A stretch of DNA of 64,000 nucleotides from the human T2T-CHM13v2.0 reference genome, Homo sapiens. The position numbers were made by a program, and so were the translations under genes. The DNA lies in the NCBI RefSeq assembly GCF_009914755.1, contig NC_060927.1; one strand, 5' to 3'. Positions 28,909 through 42,849 of this stretch are shown here, in pieces. A model generated the notes under the pieces. The model saw nothing but the letters and a program-made list of their open reading frames with translations, had not been told where the DNA came from and did not search any database. How positions within the stretch are numbered: position 1 is the first letter of the stretch; every line of letters begins with the position of its first letter.

Positions 28909-29199
28909 GGCTCAACCAACTTGGCATTCCTGTATCTTTAAGGCTATCTTAAAATTTATTTGACAAAGAAATGACTGTGGGGATCTATTATGTAATTATG
29001 TTATTTTACTGTTTAACCGTTTTTCTGCACTCTGTTAAATGACATCCTCCACTATACTTAACTCTTCACAGGTGGGTCGAAATTTTATTCTGACCCTCTA
29101 AACATGATCACAATGACAGATTTGTTTTAGCTGGACTTCAAAAACACTAAAAAAAAAATCCATGCCTTCACCTTCAAAATAGCAACTTTGTGTTATAAC

Positions 29200-30450
29200 T
29201 GTATTTCAGTATACAATTGGTGTGTCTGTCTTTTCCTGTGCCAGCATCATGTTAAAATTATTGAGAAGAAAAATACTGTCCTCCAAATTCCCCCTATTTT
29301 TTTTTATTTCCTTTCTTGGTTATGTTTATAGATTTATTCATCCTTGTTAATTGTAGAATTTTTGCCGTGTTACAAAATATTCATAATGGGATTTAAAGTA
29401 AAATTGTATTTCATGTATAGACAATTTGGAGGAAATTGGCAGACACACTTTTGGCAGTGAGTATCCCAATTTAATAATAATCTGCTTCTCTATGTATTTA
29501 ATACTTTATTTACATATTTTATAACTTTTATAGAGTTTCTCTACTTGTCTTATAAGACAATATACAGACATTTTCTTGTTTTTAGAAATAAGCTATTTTC
29601 CACATTACATTCTCAAAGATATGATTTTTTACTTTTGGAGTAGAAAAATGTTTTTGTTTATTTATGCCTAACCACTAAATTTTCACATTTCATAGTAATA
29701 AATTAGCAACTGTATAATCTTCAAGGAATATGATTTTCCTTTGTAGAAGTAATATCTGTGTTTCTATCTAATGTCATATTGACTAGAATTCCCAGATAGG
29801 GTGAAATATCAGTCATCTTAATGGAAAATTTATTTTGTTTCTAGTTGTAATTGAAATCTTTCTTGATATTTACTATTAAAAATAATACGGAATGATTGCC
29901 TGAGGTAGACCTTATTTTATTATTTTTATTGGTATTATTAATGACTACTTTACTATCTTTTGTTGTTAATTTTAAATGTAAATGGATTCTAAATTTTATC
30001 AAATACTTCTTTAAGAACTATGGAAATGGTTTATTTTTCAAAAAATATTTATTACTGCCTATGGATTCTACTATTACATTTTCTAATCTTGAACAACCTT
30101 TAATCTCTGAAAAATACCTTCCCATAGTTTTTGAATATTTCTGTTAGTCTTTGCTAATGTTGCGGTTAATATTCATATCATTATAAACACATATTTTCTA
30201 TAGTTTCTCATTTGACTTGAATTGTCTAGGTACCTAACAATAATTTTCTGTAATCTGAAAATGTTTTAATAACTTAAGAATTGGCCACATAAAATATTTG
30301 TAATTGCATAGCCCAGGAATTTTTTTAATGATAATTCCATAACAACTAATTTATGCAACAATTATATTAATACCACTAAATTTCAAATCCATAATGACAT
30401 ATTTATATATCTATGTATTATTCATTTCATTTAAGCCATAATGTGCTCTT
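29200..30450 (-). mobile_element. Ancient L1M ORF2 fragments
   Basis: tgtatagacaatttggaggaaattggca, aaatggattctaaattttatcaaatacttct. Boundaries are approximate. Confidence 0.55.
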
Positions 30451-31108
30451 TCTTGTTTTTTAAATAAATCAGGTTGTTCCAGATCCTACTGTCTGCAATT
30501 GCAATTACTCCTACCTGTAAATTTTACCACTACCTGTATTGGAATAGCCCACTTTCTCACATCTTTAAGATCTCTGCTTTAATGTTACTACTTAGAGAGG
30601 CTTTCCCTGACCACTGTCCTATCTAAAGTAGCTCTCTTATTTATTTTTATTCAAATCCCCTCCTTTGTTTTCTGCATAAAGACATAGTTTTGTTAGACTT
30701 TTCATTAATTTTGGAGTCAGCTTTACTGTGTATGGACATTGAAAATAATCTATGCCATTAATATTTAAATTTCTTAGCATTGTTGTTAATCTAATATACT
30801 ATTGTTTATATTCTTTCTCAAACATGTATGTATGTTGTTATAGCCCTTGTCTTATTAATCTCATACTTTTTATTTTATGTGTTATAACTAAACTCAGCTT
30901 ATTTTTCTTAGTTCTGTGCTACAATCAGGTGCTATAATCTCTCACTTGGCTTCCTTAGTTTTGTGAACTTGTTCAAATTTATGTTTCTATGGGGAAAGAA
31001 GAAGAGGAAGTACTTCCAAATTCAATTCATGAAGCCAGATGTGAAAGTGGAAACATTACTACCAATTTTACAGAAATAATAAAGGATTATGAGACTGCTA
31101 TGAACAAA

Positions 31109-31360
31109 ACAGATAAAGGTAAGTTGATTAATGGCTGCAAAAGTACATTTAGATAAAAGAAGTAAGTCTGTGTTTTGCAGCACAGTAGGGTGACTATAGT
31201 TAATAAAAATTCACTGCTTATTTCAAAATAGCTACAAGATAAGATTTGAAATGTTCCCAACACAAAGAAATGATAAATGTTTGAGGTGATGGGTGCATAC
31301 AAGTACAGATTGTATGCATGTATCAAAATATCACATGTACCCCATAAGGATGTACAATAT
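31109..31360 (+). mobile_element. L1MA 3' end nested in the L1MB
   Basis: gcacagtagggtgactatagttaa...cccaacacaaagaaatgataaatgtttgaggtgatgg; flanked by a duplicated ctatgaacaaa (31097, 31414). Confidence 0.8.
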
Positions 31361-31506
31361 GGATATGTTCATAGATAACATATATTCATATGTTAATATA
31401 TTCGCAGAAAATACTATGAACAAATATATGCCAACAACTTATCCTACTAAGATGAAATAGACAAATTGCTAAAACACAAACTCTATCAAGCCTGAATTAC
31501 GTAGAA

Positions 31507-31837
31507 CAAGGGTCCTCAACCCCTGGGCCGCAGACCAGTATTGGTCTGTGGCCTGTTAGGAACCCAGCTGCACAGCAAGAGATGAGCTGTGGGGCAAGAG
31601 AGCATTACTGCCTGAGCTCCACCTCCTGTCAGATCAGCAGCAGCATTAGATTCTCATAGGAGTACAAACCCTATTGTGAACTGCACATGCAAGGGACCTA
31701 GGTTGTGTGTTCCTTTTGAGAATCTAATACCTGATTATCTGAGGTGGAATAGTTTCATCCCAAAACCTACCCCATCCATTCAAAAAATTGTCTTCCACAA
31801 AACCGGTCTCTTGTGCCAAAAAGGTTGGGAACCATTG
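31507..31837 (+). mobile_element. MER1B (hAT-Charlie MITE)
   Basis: caagggtcctcaacccc...gccaaaaaggttgggaaccattg; 8-bp TSD acgtagaa/atttagaa. Confidence 0.9.
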
Positions 31838-32964
31838 ATTTAGAAATAAAAAACCTGAATAGACCCATAACAATAAGGAGATAGAATCAGAATCAAAAAT
31901 CTCCTCACAAACTAGAACCCTGAATCTGATGTTTTCTCTGGTAAATTTTACCAATAATTTAAAGAAGAACTAACATCAATCCTCCTCAAAGTTTTCCAAA
32001 ACATTGAAGAGATATGAGCACTTCCTAAGTCATTTTATGAGGCTACGTTACTCCAACACCAAAGACATTGTAAGAAAAGAAACAAGAAAGCAAACAAACA
32101 AAAACACAGAACAATACCCCTTACGAACATTGAAGACTATCAAACCAAATATAGCAGAAAAAGGCATCTCACAGAATAGGAGAAAATATTTTTCAAATGT
32201 TTATTCAATGAGGAGTTAATATGGAGAATATATAGATAAACCCTAAAACTCAAAAAAAGCAACAACAAACATCCCAATTAAAAAATAGGCAAAGAACTTG
32301 AATAGGTATATTTTTAATAAAGTTATACACATGGACAATAAGCACATGAAAAGAGGTTTAACATCACTAATCATTAGAGAAATAGAAATTAAAACTACAT
32401 TGAGGTGCCACAAAATACTTATTAAGATGACTACTATAAACAAATAAACAAAAAAAAACAGAAAATAGCAAGTGTTGGCAACTATGTGGAGTAGTTGAAA
32501 AGCAAGAAAATTCTGGCACATACTACAACAGTAATGAGTCTTTAGGACATTATAATTTGAGATAAGCCAGTCACAAAGAGACGAATACAGTATGATTCCA
32601 CTTCTGTGAGATACTTAGTATAGTCAAAATTCACAGAAATAAGAAGTAGAATGATGGTTTCCAGGGGCTTGGGAGAGAATAAATGTGAATTTAATGTTTA
32701 ACAGGTATAAATTTAATGTGAATTTAATGTTTAATGTTTTAGTTTTACTAAATAAAAAGAGTGTGGAAATGTATGATGTTGATGATTGCACATTATGAAT
32801 GCACTTATTACCCCTGAACTGTACAGTGAAAAGTGGTTAAGATGATACATTTTATGTTATGCAAAATTTGTTAAAATTTTCAGGATAATATTTAATTATA
32901 ATACTATAGAGTAATTGATTTCCACACCTTCTTGCCACACTTAGAGGGCTAGAGTATAACAGGA

Positions 32965-33292
<328 letters not shown>

Positions 33293-33339
33293 AACAGGAT
33301 ATTGTTAAATACATTTGAAAAAGCCACAAAACACAAAGT

Positions 33340-34620
33340 CTAGGTAAGAGCTCTCGAGGATGCCCAAAGATAACAAGGTCCAAACCAAAAACCCCACAGG
33401 CAGAATTTCTACCTTCTGACACCTACAGTTACATAAAATAATTAACACAGCCCAACTCCTAGTCAGATTAGCAAAGTACCCCCTAAAGGCATATTTACCT
33501 CAGTTTCTATACCCAATAAATGACCTCTGACTTTCCTAAAAATTTACAAGGCATGCTAAATGTTAAGAAAAAATAATTTGAATAGACAAACCAAGCATCA
33601 GGACAAAACTCATCTGACACAGACGTTGGAATTATCAGACAAGGAATTAAAATGATTACAATTAATATGTTAATGGATTTAATGGTAAGGTAGAAAGTAT
33701 GCAAAAACAGATGGACAGTGAAAGCAGAGGTATTAGACGAGAAAAATTGTAAAGGAAACAGAAATCCAAAGCCCTATAATAAAAATAAAGAATGTCTTTG
33801 ATGGACACGTGGAGATCGGACTCAGTTGAGAAAAGAATCAAAGAGCTTGAAGATAGGTCAATAGATCCTTCCTAACTGACATAAAAAGACATGAAGAAAA
33901 AAAAAGTATGATGAAAATCTCAAAACTGGCCAACAGTCCAAGAAGTGTAATACAATTTCAAATGCTGAAACACGCACATAATAATTTGAATATCTGTGGT
34001 AGAATAATGAGAATGGACCAGAGGAAGTATTTAAAGAAATAATTATGGATAATGTTAAAAATTAATGATATATCTGAAAATATAAATCCAGGAAACTCAG
34101 AGAATACTAAACAGGATAAAAATGAAAAATACACACCTAGGCATTTAGTAGTCAAACTGCATTCAAACCAAAAGCAATGAGAAAATCAATAAAGAAACAG
34201 AGGGAGAAAAATCTTACTTATCGAGGAACAAGTATAAAAATTGTAGTGCCTTTTTGTCAGAAAGCATGCATGCATTAAGAGACTGACTTAAAACATTTAA
34301 AATGCTGAAAGAAAAATTCCTCCAACTTAGAATTCTATATCTACAGAAATGTATTTCAAAATAAAAGGGGGAACAAACAAAAAGTGAAAAAAATTAATCA
34401 CCAAAAGTGTGTCCTGTAAGAAATTAAAAGAAGTTCTTCAGGTAGAATAAAACTAATATCGATTAACTTGGATCTACATAATAAAAAAAGTAAAAATAAT
34501 TAATTAAAATAAATTATTGTGTACAAGTTTAAAAAAATCTTAATTCTAAAATATATTTAAAATAGTAACAATGTATTGGATAATTATAGAAAATGAATAA
34601 TTGAAATGGATTGTAGCAAT
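33340..34620 (+). mobile_element. Ancient L1 (L1MC/MD-like), 5' region and ORF1
   Basis: gttggaattatcagacaaggaatt, gagcttgaagataggtcaatag, atacacacctaggcat, ccaacttagaattctatatc are ORF1 landmarks. Confidence 0.7.
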
Positions 34621-35765
34621 GTCATATTAATTCTTTCAATCCATGAGCACAGGATATCTTTCTGCTTATTTGTGTCTTTCTTTCATCAATGTTTTATTGT
34701 TTTCAATATACAAATATTTTATACCCTTGATTGGATTTACTGATTATTTTTGATGCCACTATAAAAGGGATTGTTTTCTTAATTTCTTTTTTGGGTAGCT
34801 TGTTATTAGTGAATATAAATGCAATTGAGTTTTGCATAATCTTGTATTATGCAACTTATAGGAGTTATTAATTCTAACAATTTTTTAGTGGAGCCTTTGA
34901 CATTTTCTACATGCAAAATGATGTATCAGTCTGTTTTCACACTACTGATAATGACATACCTGAGACAAGGCAATTTACAAAAGAAAAAGGTTTAATTGGA
35001 CTTAAAGTTCCACATGGCTGGGGAAGCCTCGCTATCATGGCAGAAGGCAAGGAGAATCAAGTCACATCCTACATGGATGGCAGCAGGCAAACAGAGAGCT
35101 CGTGCACAGAAAGTCACATTTTAAAACCATCAGATATCGTGAGACTCATTCACTATCACGAGCATAGCACAGAAAAAACCTGCCCCTATATTTTAGTCAC
35201 CTCCCACCGGGTTCATCCCAGTGGGAACTGTGGGAGTTACAACTCAAAATGAGATTTGGGTGGGGACACAGTCAAACTATATCAAATGTCATCTGCAAAC
35301 AGAGATAATTGTACTTCTTCCTTTACAGTTTGGATGCCTTTTACTTCTTTTTCTTGCTTAATTGCTCTGGCTAAGACTTCCAGGACTATGTTGAATAGAA
35401 AGGCAAGAGTGGACAACCCTGCATTGTTCCTCATAGAGAAAACATTTTCAGCTTTTTGTTATTTGGTATGATGTTAGCTGTGGGCTTGTCATATATGACT
35501 TTTATTAAGTTGCCATACATTTCTTTCATACCTAATTTGTTGAGTTTTTTTAATGAAAGGATGTTAAATTTGTGAGATATATTTTCCACGTGTATTAAGA
35601 TGACCATAGGATTTTCATCCTTTACTCTATTACTGTGATTTATTATGCTTGTTAATTTGAATATGCTGCAACTTCTCTGCATTCCAGGGATAAATCCCAC
35701 TCGATTATGGTATATGATTATTTTAATATGCTGTTAGAATCAGTGTGGTAATATTTTTTGAGGTG
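34621..35765 (-). mobile_element. L1 ORF2 (RT) fragment, L1MA/PB-like, split by THE1
   Basis: ORF 35431-35700 translates to MGFIPGMQ...KVIYDKPTANII, typical of L1 RT. Confidence 0.88.
34922..35284 (-). mobile_element. THE1 (THE1B-like) solo LTR
   Basis: tgtatcagtctgttttcac...atgagatttgggtggggacacagtcaaactatatca; 5-bp TSD aatga/aatgt. Confidence 0.92.
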
Positions 35766-37605
35766 TTATGAAGAACTTTGTTAAAAAAATTGATCATAGA
35801 GAAAAGTATTCACTAAACTGAGCTGGTTGAACTCATGTGAAATAGCTTGTATTGGCACAGGAATAAATTTTTACTTATGTCCCCTTGCTACATAAGATTT
35901 TTTTTTTCCTGAGTCCAACTTGAGAATCATAATGATGATTTTTCTTTCATGGAACATTCAATAATTCTGTTACTCTTCTTAACCAAAAACATACTGTTAG
36001 TACATTTCTATTTATTCATTTTTATTTATGTATTTAATTTATGGAAGTCATGATGGTGGATAAGATCTGGTGAAATACTTTTTTCACTATTAAAGAAAAC
36101 TACTCTAAAGCCTGAATTAGCTGTCCAAATTGTCAATTTACTCATTTCCTGAGATGATGCTTTGAAAGATAAGCAGAATCAGGTATTCAACTCTTAAAAA
36201 TATTATTAAGTTTTGCAGGGTGTGGTAAATTCTAGTTCACACAATTCAGTAGCAATCCATGATGAACTTCAAATATTAATTTATTTATTTTAGTGCATGT
36301 TTTCATCTGCAAAATGGCTCCCAATTGTTACAGAAAATAATTTTCTAAACTACTATATAAATTTTCAACTAAGAATAAAAATGATATATCGGGGGAAGTC
36401 TTTTGAACATTTATTTATTCAATATTTTAGAACATTTTGGAATATATCAGAATGTGTGAGAGTAAATTCAAAGACAAAATTGCAGAATCCATTAAAATAA
36501 AGTGTAAATCACAGTTTGTAATTGTACTCAGGGATTTGAAATAAATTTTTCTCCTTGTCTTCTCTTCTTAATTCATGTTATCTGCAAGTTCTTTCCATTC
36601 CTTAGTAGCTAGACTTTGGAAAGATAAAAAAGAAATGAGTGTTGTCATTGTCCTAATAAAGTATGTGTGAAAGTTTGGGTCACTCCTTATAATGGTGGAC
36701 ACTGATCATCATTATGGGACAATATGTTGTGACTGAGCAATACTATGGTGAGAATATTTATCTGCATGCATGTTTTGTATGTGTGTGTATGTGTGTTTGT
36801 GTGTGTGTATGATGGATGCACTGTAGCAAATCTCCACTAATCAAATTAATCACATCATTTTCTTCCTACCATATCTATGAGCGGTATCCTCACATCATTT
36901 CTGATAATATTTATAACTGCATAATTTATCATGGTTTGTGAAGTAGAAATAATGTATGAAAAGGAAAAATATAAAGTTTTTTTGCATAGCAGATAAATAA
37001 TAGAGAATATTAAAATTTTCTTGCAGCTTTGACAACTATCCAAAAAAAATATGATAAATTTTATTTTCTTAAATAGTAAGAAGTTGCATTTGTTTTTGAA
37101 ACTTTCTCTTAACTTCGTGTTACTTGTGTTATGTAAAAATAATTTACATCTTTTATTCAATTCGGGGTGTGGGGGAAACTTTTACATAACTAATTTGGCA
37201 AGGTAGTGTGACTAATGTGAAACTTTGAAATTAAACCTGAAAACTGATTGGGTTTCTCTTCCTGAATTCAGTCTAAAAGAGAGGCCAAATATTTATAAAA
37301 TGAGCAAAGAATGTGGGGACAAATAGATTATATCCATTTTAGTGTCATAATGCATTTAGGGATCTTTGAAGTTTTATTTTTTCTTTTTTTGCTTCCATAT
37401 TTAGAACAAGAGGAAAAAAGGTATTAATTCTTGTCAGAAATACGTTATGAACATCAACAAAGCTAGTAAATATATTTTCTCTGGCTAGGATTACTGATGT
37501 CTGATTTTTTTGAATGAAAACCGGGGTTATTTTTCTAATAGTTATCACTTTTAAACACTAAGAAAGAGAAGCCATTTGGAAATAAAGTCTTTGTAGTATA
37601 TGTGG

Positions 37606-37608
37606 TGT

Positions 37609-37644
<36 letters not shown>
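37606..37644. repeat. (GT)n microsatellite
   Basis: Seen directly, with one interruption. Confidence 0.95.
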
Positions 37645-37647
<3 letters not shown>

Positions 37648-39849
37648 CCCCTGGTGAGAGTTTCATATAGATGGATCAGTTCAATTTTAACATATCTTAA
37701 AATTCTGATTTGGGGACCACAGAGGATAATATGAATTAACATAGCAAAGGCATACATAGACGGTCAGCTATTATCTCATCATTTTCACAAAAATGATTTG
37801 TTTAACTTGATAACTCCCTTTCAAAGGAGGTAGATTTAAAATATTTGTTTCATCTTTTCATATTTTCTATTGGCTATTTGGATAAAAATATTTGATGGTT
37901 TTTAACACTTTTATTCACTTGGCTTTAAAGGTACTTATTCTGTTTAGTATAGCAATGTTTTAAGTACATATATTGTCTAACAAAAATGAATAATTTTAAA
38001 GAGCATACATGATTTTAAGGGGAAATGCATTCTGACTAATACCGAGTATCTAGAAATAGCCCCCACTAAATAAGATGTGAAGTTTTTTTTTTATTTTTGA
38101 CATTCTCTATCTTTTCCTTCCTGCCCATTTTAGTGCTAATTGTTAAGCACTTTTGTTTTTCCTGAAGTTATTCTGAGTATGTTAGAGCTTGCCCTTTTTC
38201 TGGCTGGATAGGATCACTTACCACTTTTCATAGCAAGAATCCCTGCAGGAGACTTACAGCACCACATGCCCCAGGAGGAAGCTGGGGATCTATTCAGGAG
38301 GGATACCATGAAAATCTGTTATCTCCATTGGTTTTTTTTGTTTGTAAAATGTAATTATTCTGCACTTCAAATTTTGTTAGTTTGATTTGCGTAACTGCAA
38401 TTCCTATATCCCTAAATCTCTAGTATTTTAAATCATTCAAGTAAATTTTATGTGATTATACATAAGTTTTGCTTAGTTTTCTAGGTGACTAACTTTAAGA
38501 TATTGTTCTAGAAAGTATTTGCAAAAATATCTAATTCCCAAATTTTATGTGAATTATGTAGAAATGTATGTATATAGATGGCCAAGGTCACGCCTAGCAA
38601 ATATTTTTCTACTAATGTTAATTTACTTTATCTCAAAATTCTATAAATTGAATGAAACAGAACTATATGCCATCTGATATGAATTTTTTGTGTGGGATAA
38701 ATTTTTGAGAAACAAGATGCAAGGAGTTGAATTTATGAAGACATTCTATTTTAGGAAGAAAAAATGAAAAATATAATGACACAAATTATTTTTTAATAAC
38801 TGATCATGTATTTAAAATAATTGGTAAATTAAGCCAGCCCTAGGTTTTTATAAAATGTACTGTTGTGTGCTGTCAGTTTGTCCATTTTAATCAATTTTAA
38901 TGCATATCAAAATAATGAGAATCCCTTGTAAAATATATATATATATATTTCTTAAAGCTTATTAATGTTTTATTTGAGACTGCCCCGTTCCTGAGAAAAA
39001 GTCTGTAGTGAATGAACTTGGTTATGAGAAGTCAACTACCGCTATTAACTATCATTATGTAAGATAAAATAGGTATTTGATAATGACCTACAACTAAGAG
39101 CACTATGCATATAGTACAATTAATGATAGTACCTGCACGTAAAAAGAGCGAGCAAAATCTTATAAAATTAATTAGAGAAATAATTAAAAATGTAAATTTA
39201 AGAAATGTTTCATCTTATTAGCATAAAACATTTCAATAAATTTAGCTAAAATATAATTTGTGCTTATAAGATTTAGCCCATGACTAAAATGCTCATATAT
39301 TCCCCCATGATTTTTGCCATATTTTACTTTTAATTAAAGCTGAGAAACAGACAAGATATCTTGGAAGATTTTGTTGTTCTTTCATGCTACATCAGATTTC
39401 TTGTTCATTTATATTGGTAAAGATGGACCAGTGGCAAAAATAAATGAAAATAAAAAGCCACAGAAAATTATTTTCTCCTTGGAAAGAGCTTACAGCAGGA
39501 GAAAAATCTTCTCTATGCATTTCATGGTAATTCAGAACGGCAGCTCTAAGAATTTTTCTTTATTTCCAATTTAGAAAACTAGTTGTAACACCTTTTAGTG
39601 GATTTTTGAATTTAGTTTTGGTTTGAGGTACCAGGGTATTCTTAACTCCCATTAGAAAAAAAAATCTGTGTCATGTTGATTTGACTATCAAAGGATTCCA
39701 ACAATTCCATAGCCAGAAGCATCATTTATATTTTTATGAAAAAAATTATTGCATTTGGCTTCCAAATAAGAAGATAGCTCAATGAAAATGTTGCCAACAC
39801 CAGAGCCAACTGGATCTAATATAATTCATATTTTCTACTTGACTACTAA

Positions 39850-40178
<329 letters not shown>

Positions 40179-41299
40179 AAAAGTTAATATTTTATATTAT
40201 TTGTATAATATTTTAATAATATTTTTATATAAAACTTTTTATAATTTTATATACTATACAATATATATTTTTATAATGTATGGAATTAAAAAGTCTAAGT
40301 TCCCTTGTAGTGTTCACACTGAGTCTTGCATAATAAGTGAAAATACTTAGTACCATTGGTAGATTATTAATACATATTGTGACTTACCATGTGTTGGGGA
40401 ATGTGAATTAACTTTGGTTTATTCTCGTAAGAATAAAGCAAGACAATATTTCAAATATAATCCATACTAATACATTTGTAATAATTATTTTTCTGTTATT
40501 CCACAATTCTATCAGATACATACATTGCTTTGAATTTTATATTCAGATAAAAGATGGAAAAGAAAGATGCTTTTATTACTTTCTAAAAGCTTCTTAGAAA
40601 AATTTTAATTATTTCTTAGGTAGATTTTAACATATTTATGTAATAGGAGTCCAATTATAATGTCTAAATATCTATGAGTTTTTAAAATATTTAAAAAATT
40701 CTGTGACCTAGAAAAAGAGTTTAGAAATTATGCTGAGAATGTTATTAAATATGACAAAAAGAAAGGAAAGGCTTTTGATATTTCTGTAGGTCAAAAAGCA
40801 AATCATTTTAGCTTAACATTATTTTTGTTAATGTTTCATTTTACTATTAAAAACTAATTACTTTGGAATATATTTCAAATACTGTTTTGCTACATGAAAA
40901 CATTGAACAGTTTTAAGGCATAAAATCAGGTGAACGAAATTAAATATAAAATGCAGCTAAATACAAAATCCTGCTGTGTGCTTCTTGAAAACAATCTAAC
41001 TCATCAGGTACCCAAGGACAAACAGATTTATTGGCAAGATGGAAAGAAGGGGAAAAACAATAGCTGAGTGAATATAAAAAATCAGATAAGCTGTGGGATT
41101 ATATATTGCATCATATAAACCTTCTGGACTGTGTCTCTAGGCAAAATATATCTTTGTTGTCACTTTTGCTGGTACCAACCTGCAGAATTTGGAAACTTAT
41201 CCCAAAATTTAAAATCGAAGAAATAATTAAATTATAGAAAGTAAACATGCTGCCCAACAGAAGTAGTCTAATTTTAAAAGCACACTTTACTATCATTAT

Positions 41300-41760
41300 A
41301 TTTAAATAAGGTTCTTGATCACTTGATCTGACCCGGCATGGTGCATAGCAACTGCAGTTGCACAATGTATTTGAATGAGGATTATTATAATTTACTAAGA
41401 GGTGCTGCAGGGGATTAGAAAACTTGGAAGGCCAGCACTGTACTTCCATAACAGACATCTCTGCCAGATAATTAACCTTGCTGTTTGTTTAGCATTCGCC
41501 GAATGCTTCATTACTGATTCAGTCAATTATCTAGTGGTAATGACCGCTGCAGAAGGTAGAATTGCTTAATTAAAATTATTTAGACCAAGGAGGAACTTTG
41601 ATTGGGCCGTGCATATTAGAAAGGCTTGATTAATCTCGATGAGATACACAACTCATTTAAAGCCTTACTGTATTATCTGCAAATGCCAAATGCATTCTTT
41701 TTTCAATCAAAAATGAAATATAATATTTTTCCTTTGCCAATTACATTAAAAAATTAGACA
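41300..41760. promoter_or_regulatory. Candidate enhancer / conserved non-coding element
   Basis: Repeat-free stretch with FOX-, TCF/LEF-, PBX-HOX- and TAAT-type motifs, retained CpGs and two short palindromes. Function is inferred only. Confidence 0.35.
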
Positions 41761-42849
41761 GCAGCAAGGGAGTAGATGAAAATCAGCCTCCTTAGTTAGA
41801 ATTTAGTGTAAAAGATTTGAAGAATAAAAGTAGAATCATATTTTATTCATAAGATTCAATTGATATAAATTAGGAAATCATTATTGCCTGAAGGAATGGT
41901 GTGCCTGGGCAGGCAAACTTGGCACTTTATGAACATACCAGTTACAAGATGTAAATACATTTAATCTTCAATTTTCTTCATATCCACAGGTTAATTCTCT
42001 AGTCCTTTCTTCATGTGCATTTGAACATGACCATCTAATTTTAGAATTGGTCAGTTGACATTATTTACATATAAATCAGAATGCAATGGTATTCTTTGTA
42101 CATGAGTCAGAATTCTGGATAGAACAAATCTATTCCATTTTAGCACCAATATCAGCTCTACCATGTCTAGTTGTCTTTACTTGAGTAAAGAGCTATTTTT
42201 TGAATGAAGATACACTTCATTGTTTTGCCTCATGTCTAGCTGTAACAAGATCAAAGAATAGTATTTCCTCTTCCAGGCTTCTCAGCATAAAATTTCAAAA
42301 GGGATAGTCAAGTAAGAATTGATTGTGTTTTTTCTTTTCTTGTTTTTATTTGTTTTTCTTTTCTTTGGTCAAGGAAGGGATTGTTATTTATTGGTTTTAT
42401 GTAGGTGCTTCATTTTAAAGCTCTCCAAAACTTCGAGATGGTGCTGATAACTGCATATATTTCCGAATAATTACATTTGATGAACAAAGGTGTTCCCAAT
42501 TATGCCATAGATATATTAGGTATTCTGAACCCTAATATAATTTAGGAAATTACTCCTCAAAGGCAATGAAATAACATCTCAGCAATCATTAGATATTATT
42601 CAGATTCCCCTGTAACACTTTCCTCCCTGTGAAGCCCGAAAGTTCAACTGGCATTTCAACTGGTACTATGGAAATATTTACAACATTAAATAATTATATC
42701 ACTTCAGATATAAATAAGAACATAAAGTGAGCTAACCCTTCAACAAGAAATTTACATTGTTATTATTATAGACTCCAGGTAAGTATTCTTACCTAGTAAA
42801 TTATTCTTACTTGGAAATATGCACAATGGAAATTCAAGGAAACATAGTG

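Larger units (their letters stand above)
30990..32875 (+). mobile_element. L1MB-like fragment (ORF2 pieces plus 3' UTR) hosting two nested insertions
   Basis: aacattactacc...actatgaacaaa...aacctgaatagacccataac...ttaaagaagaactaacatcaatcctcctcaaa; 3' UTR gccagtcacaaagagacgaatac...gtggttaagatg. Confidence 0.8.

Noticed and set aside
28859-28930. Possible snoRNA/snRNA retrocopy fused to the FAM
   Set aside because: No match to any small RNA I recognise; better explained as the decayed FAM 3' end.
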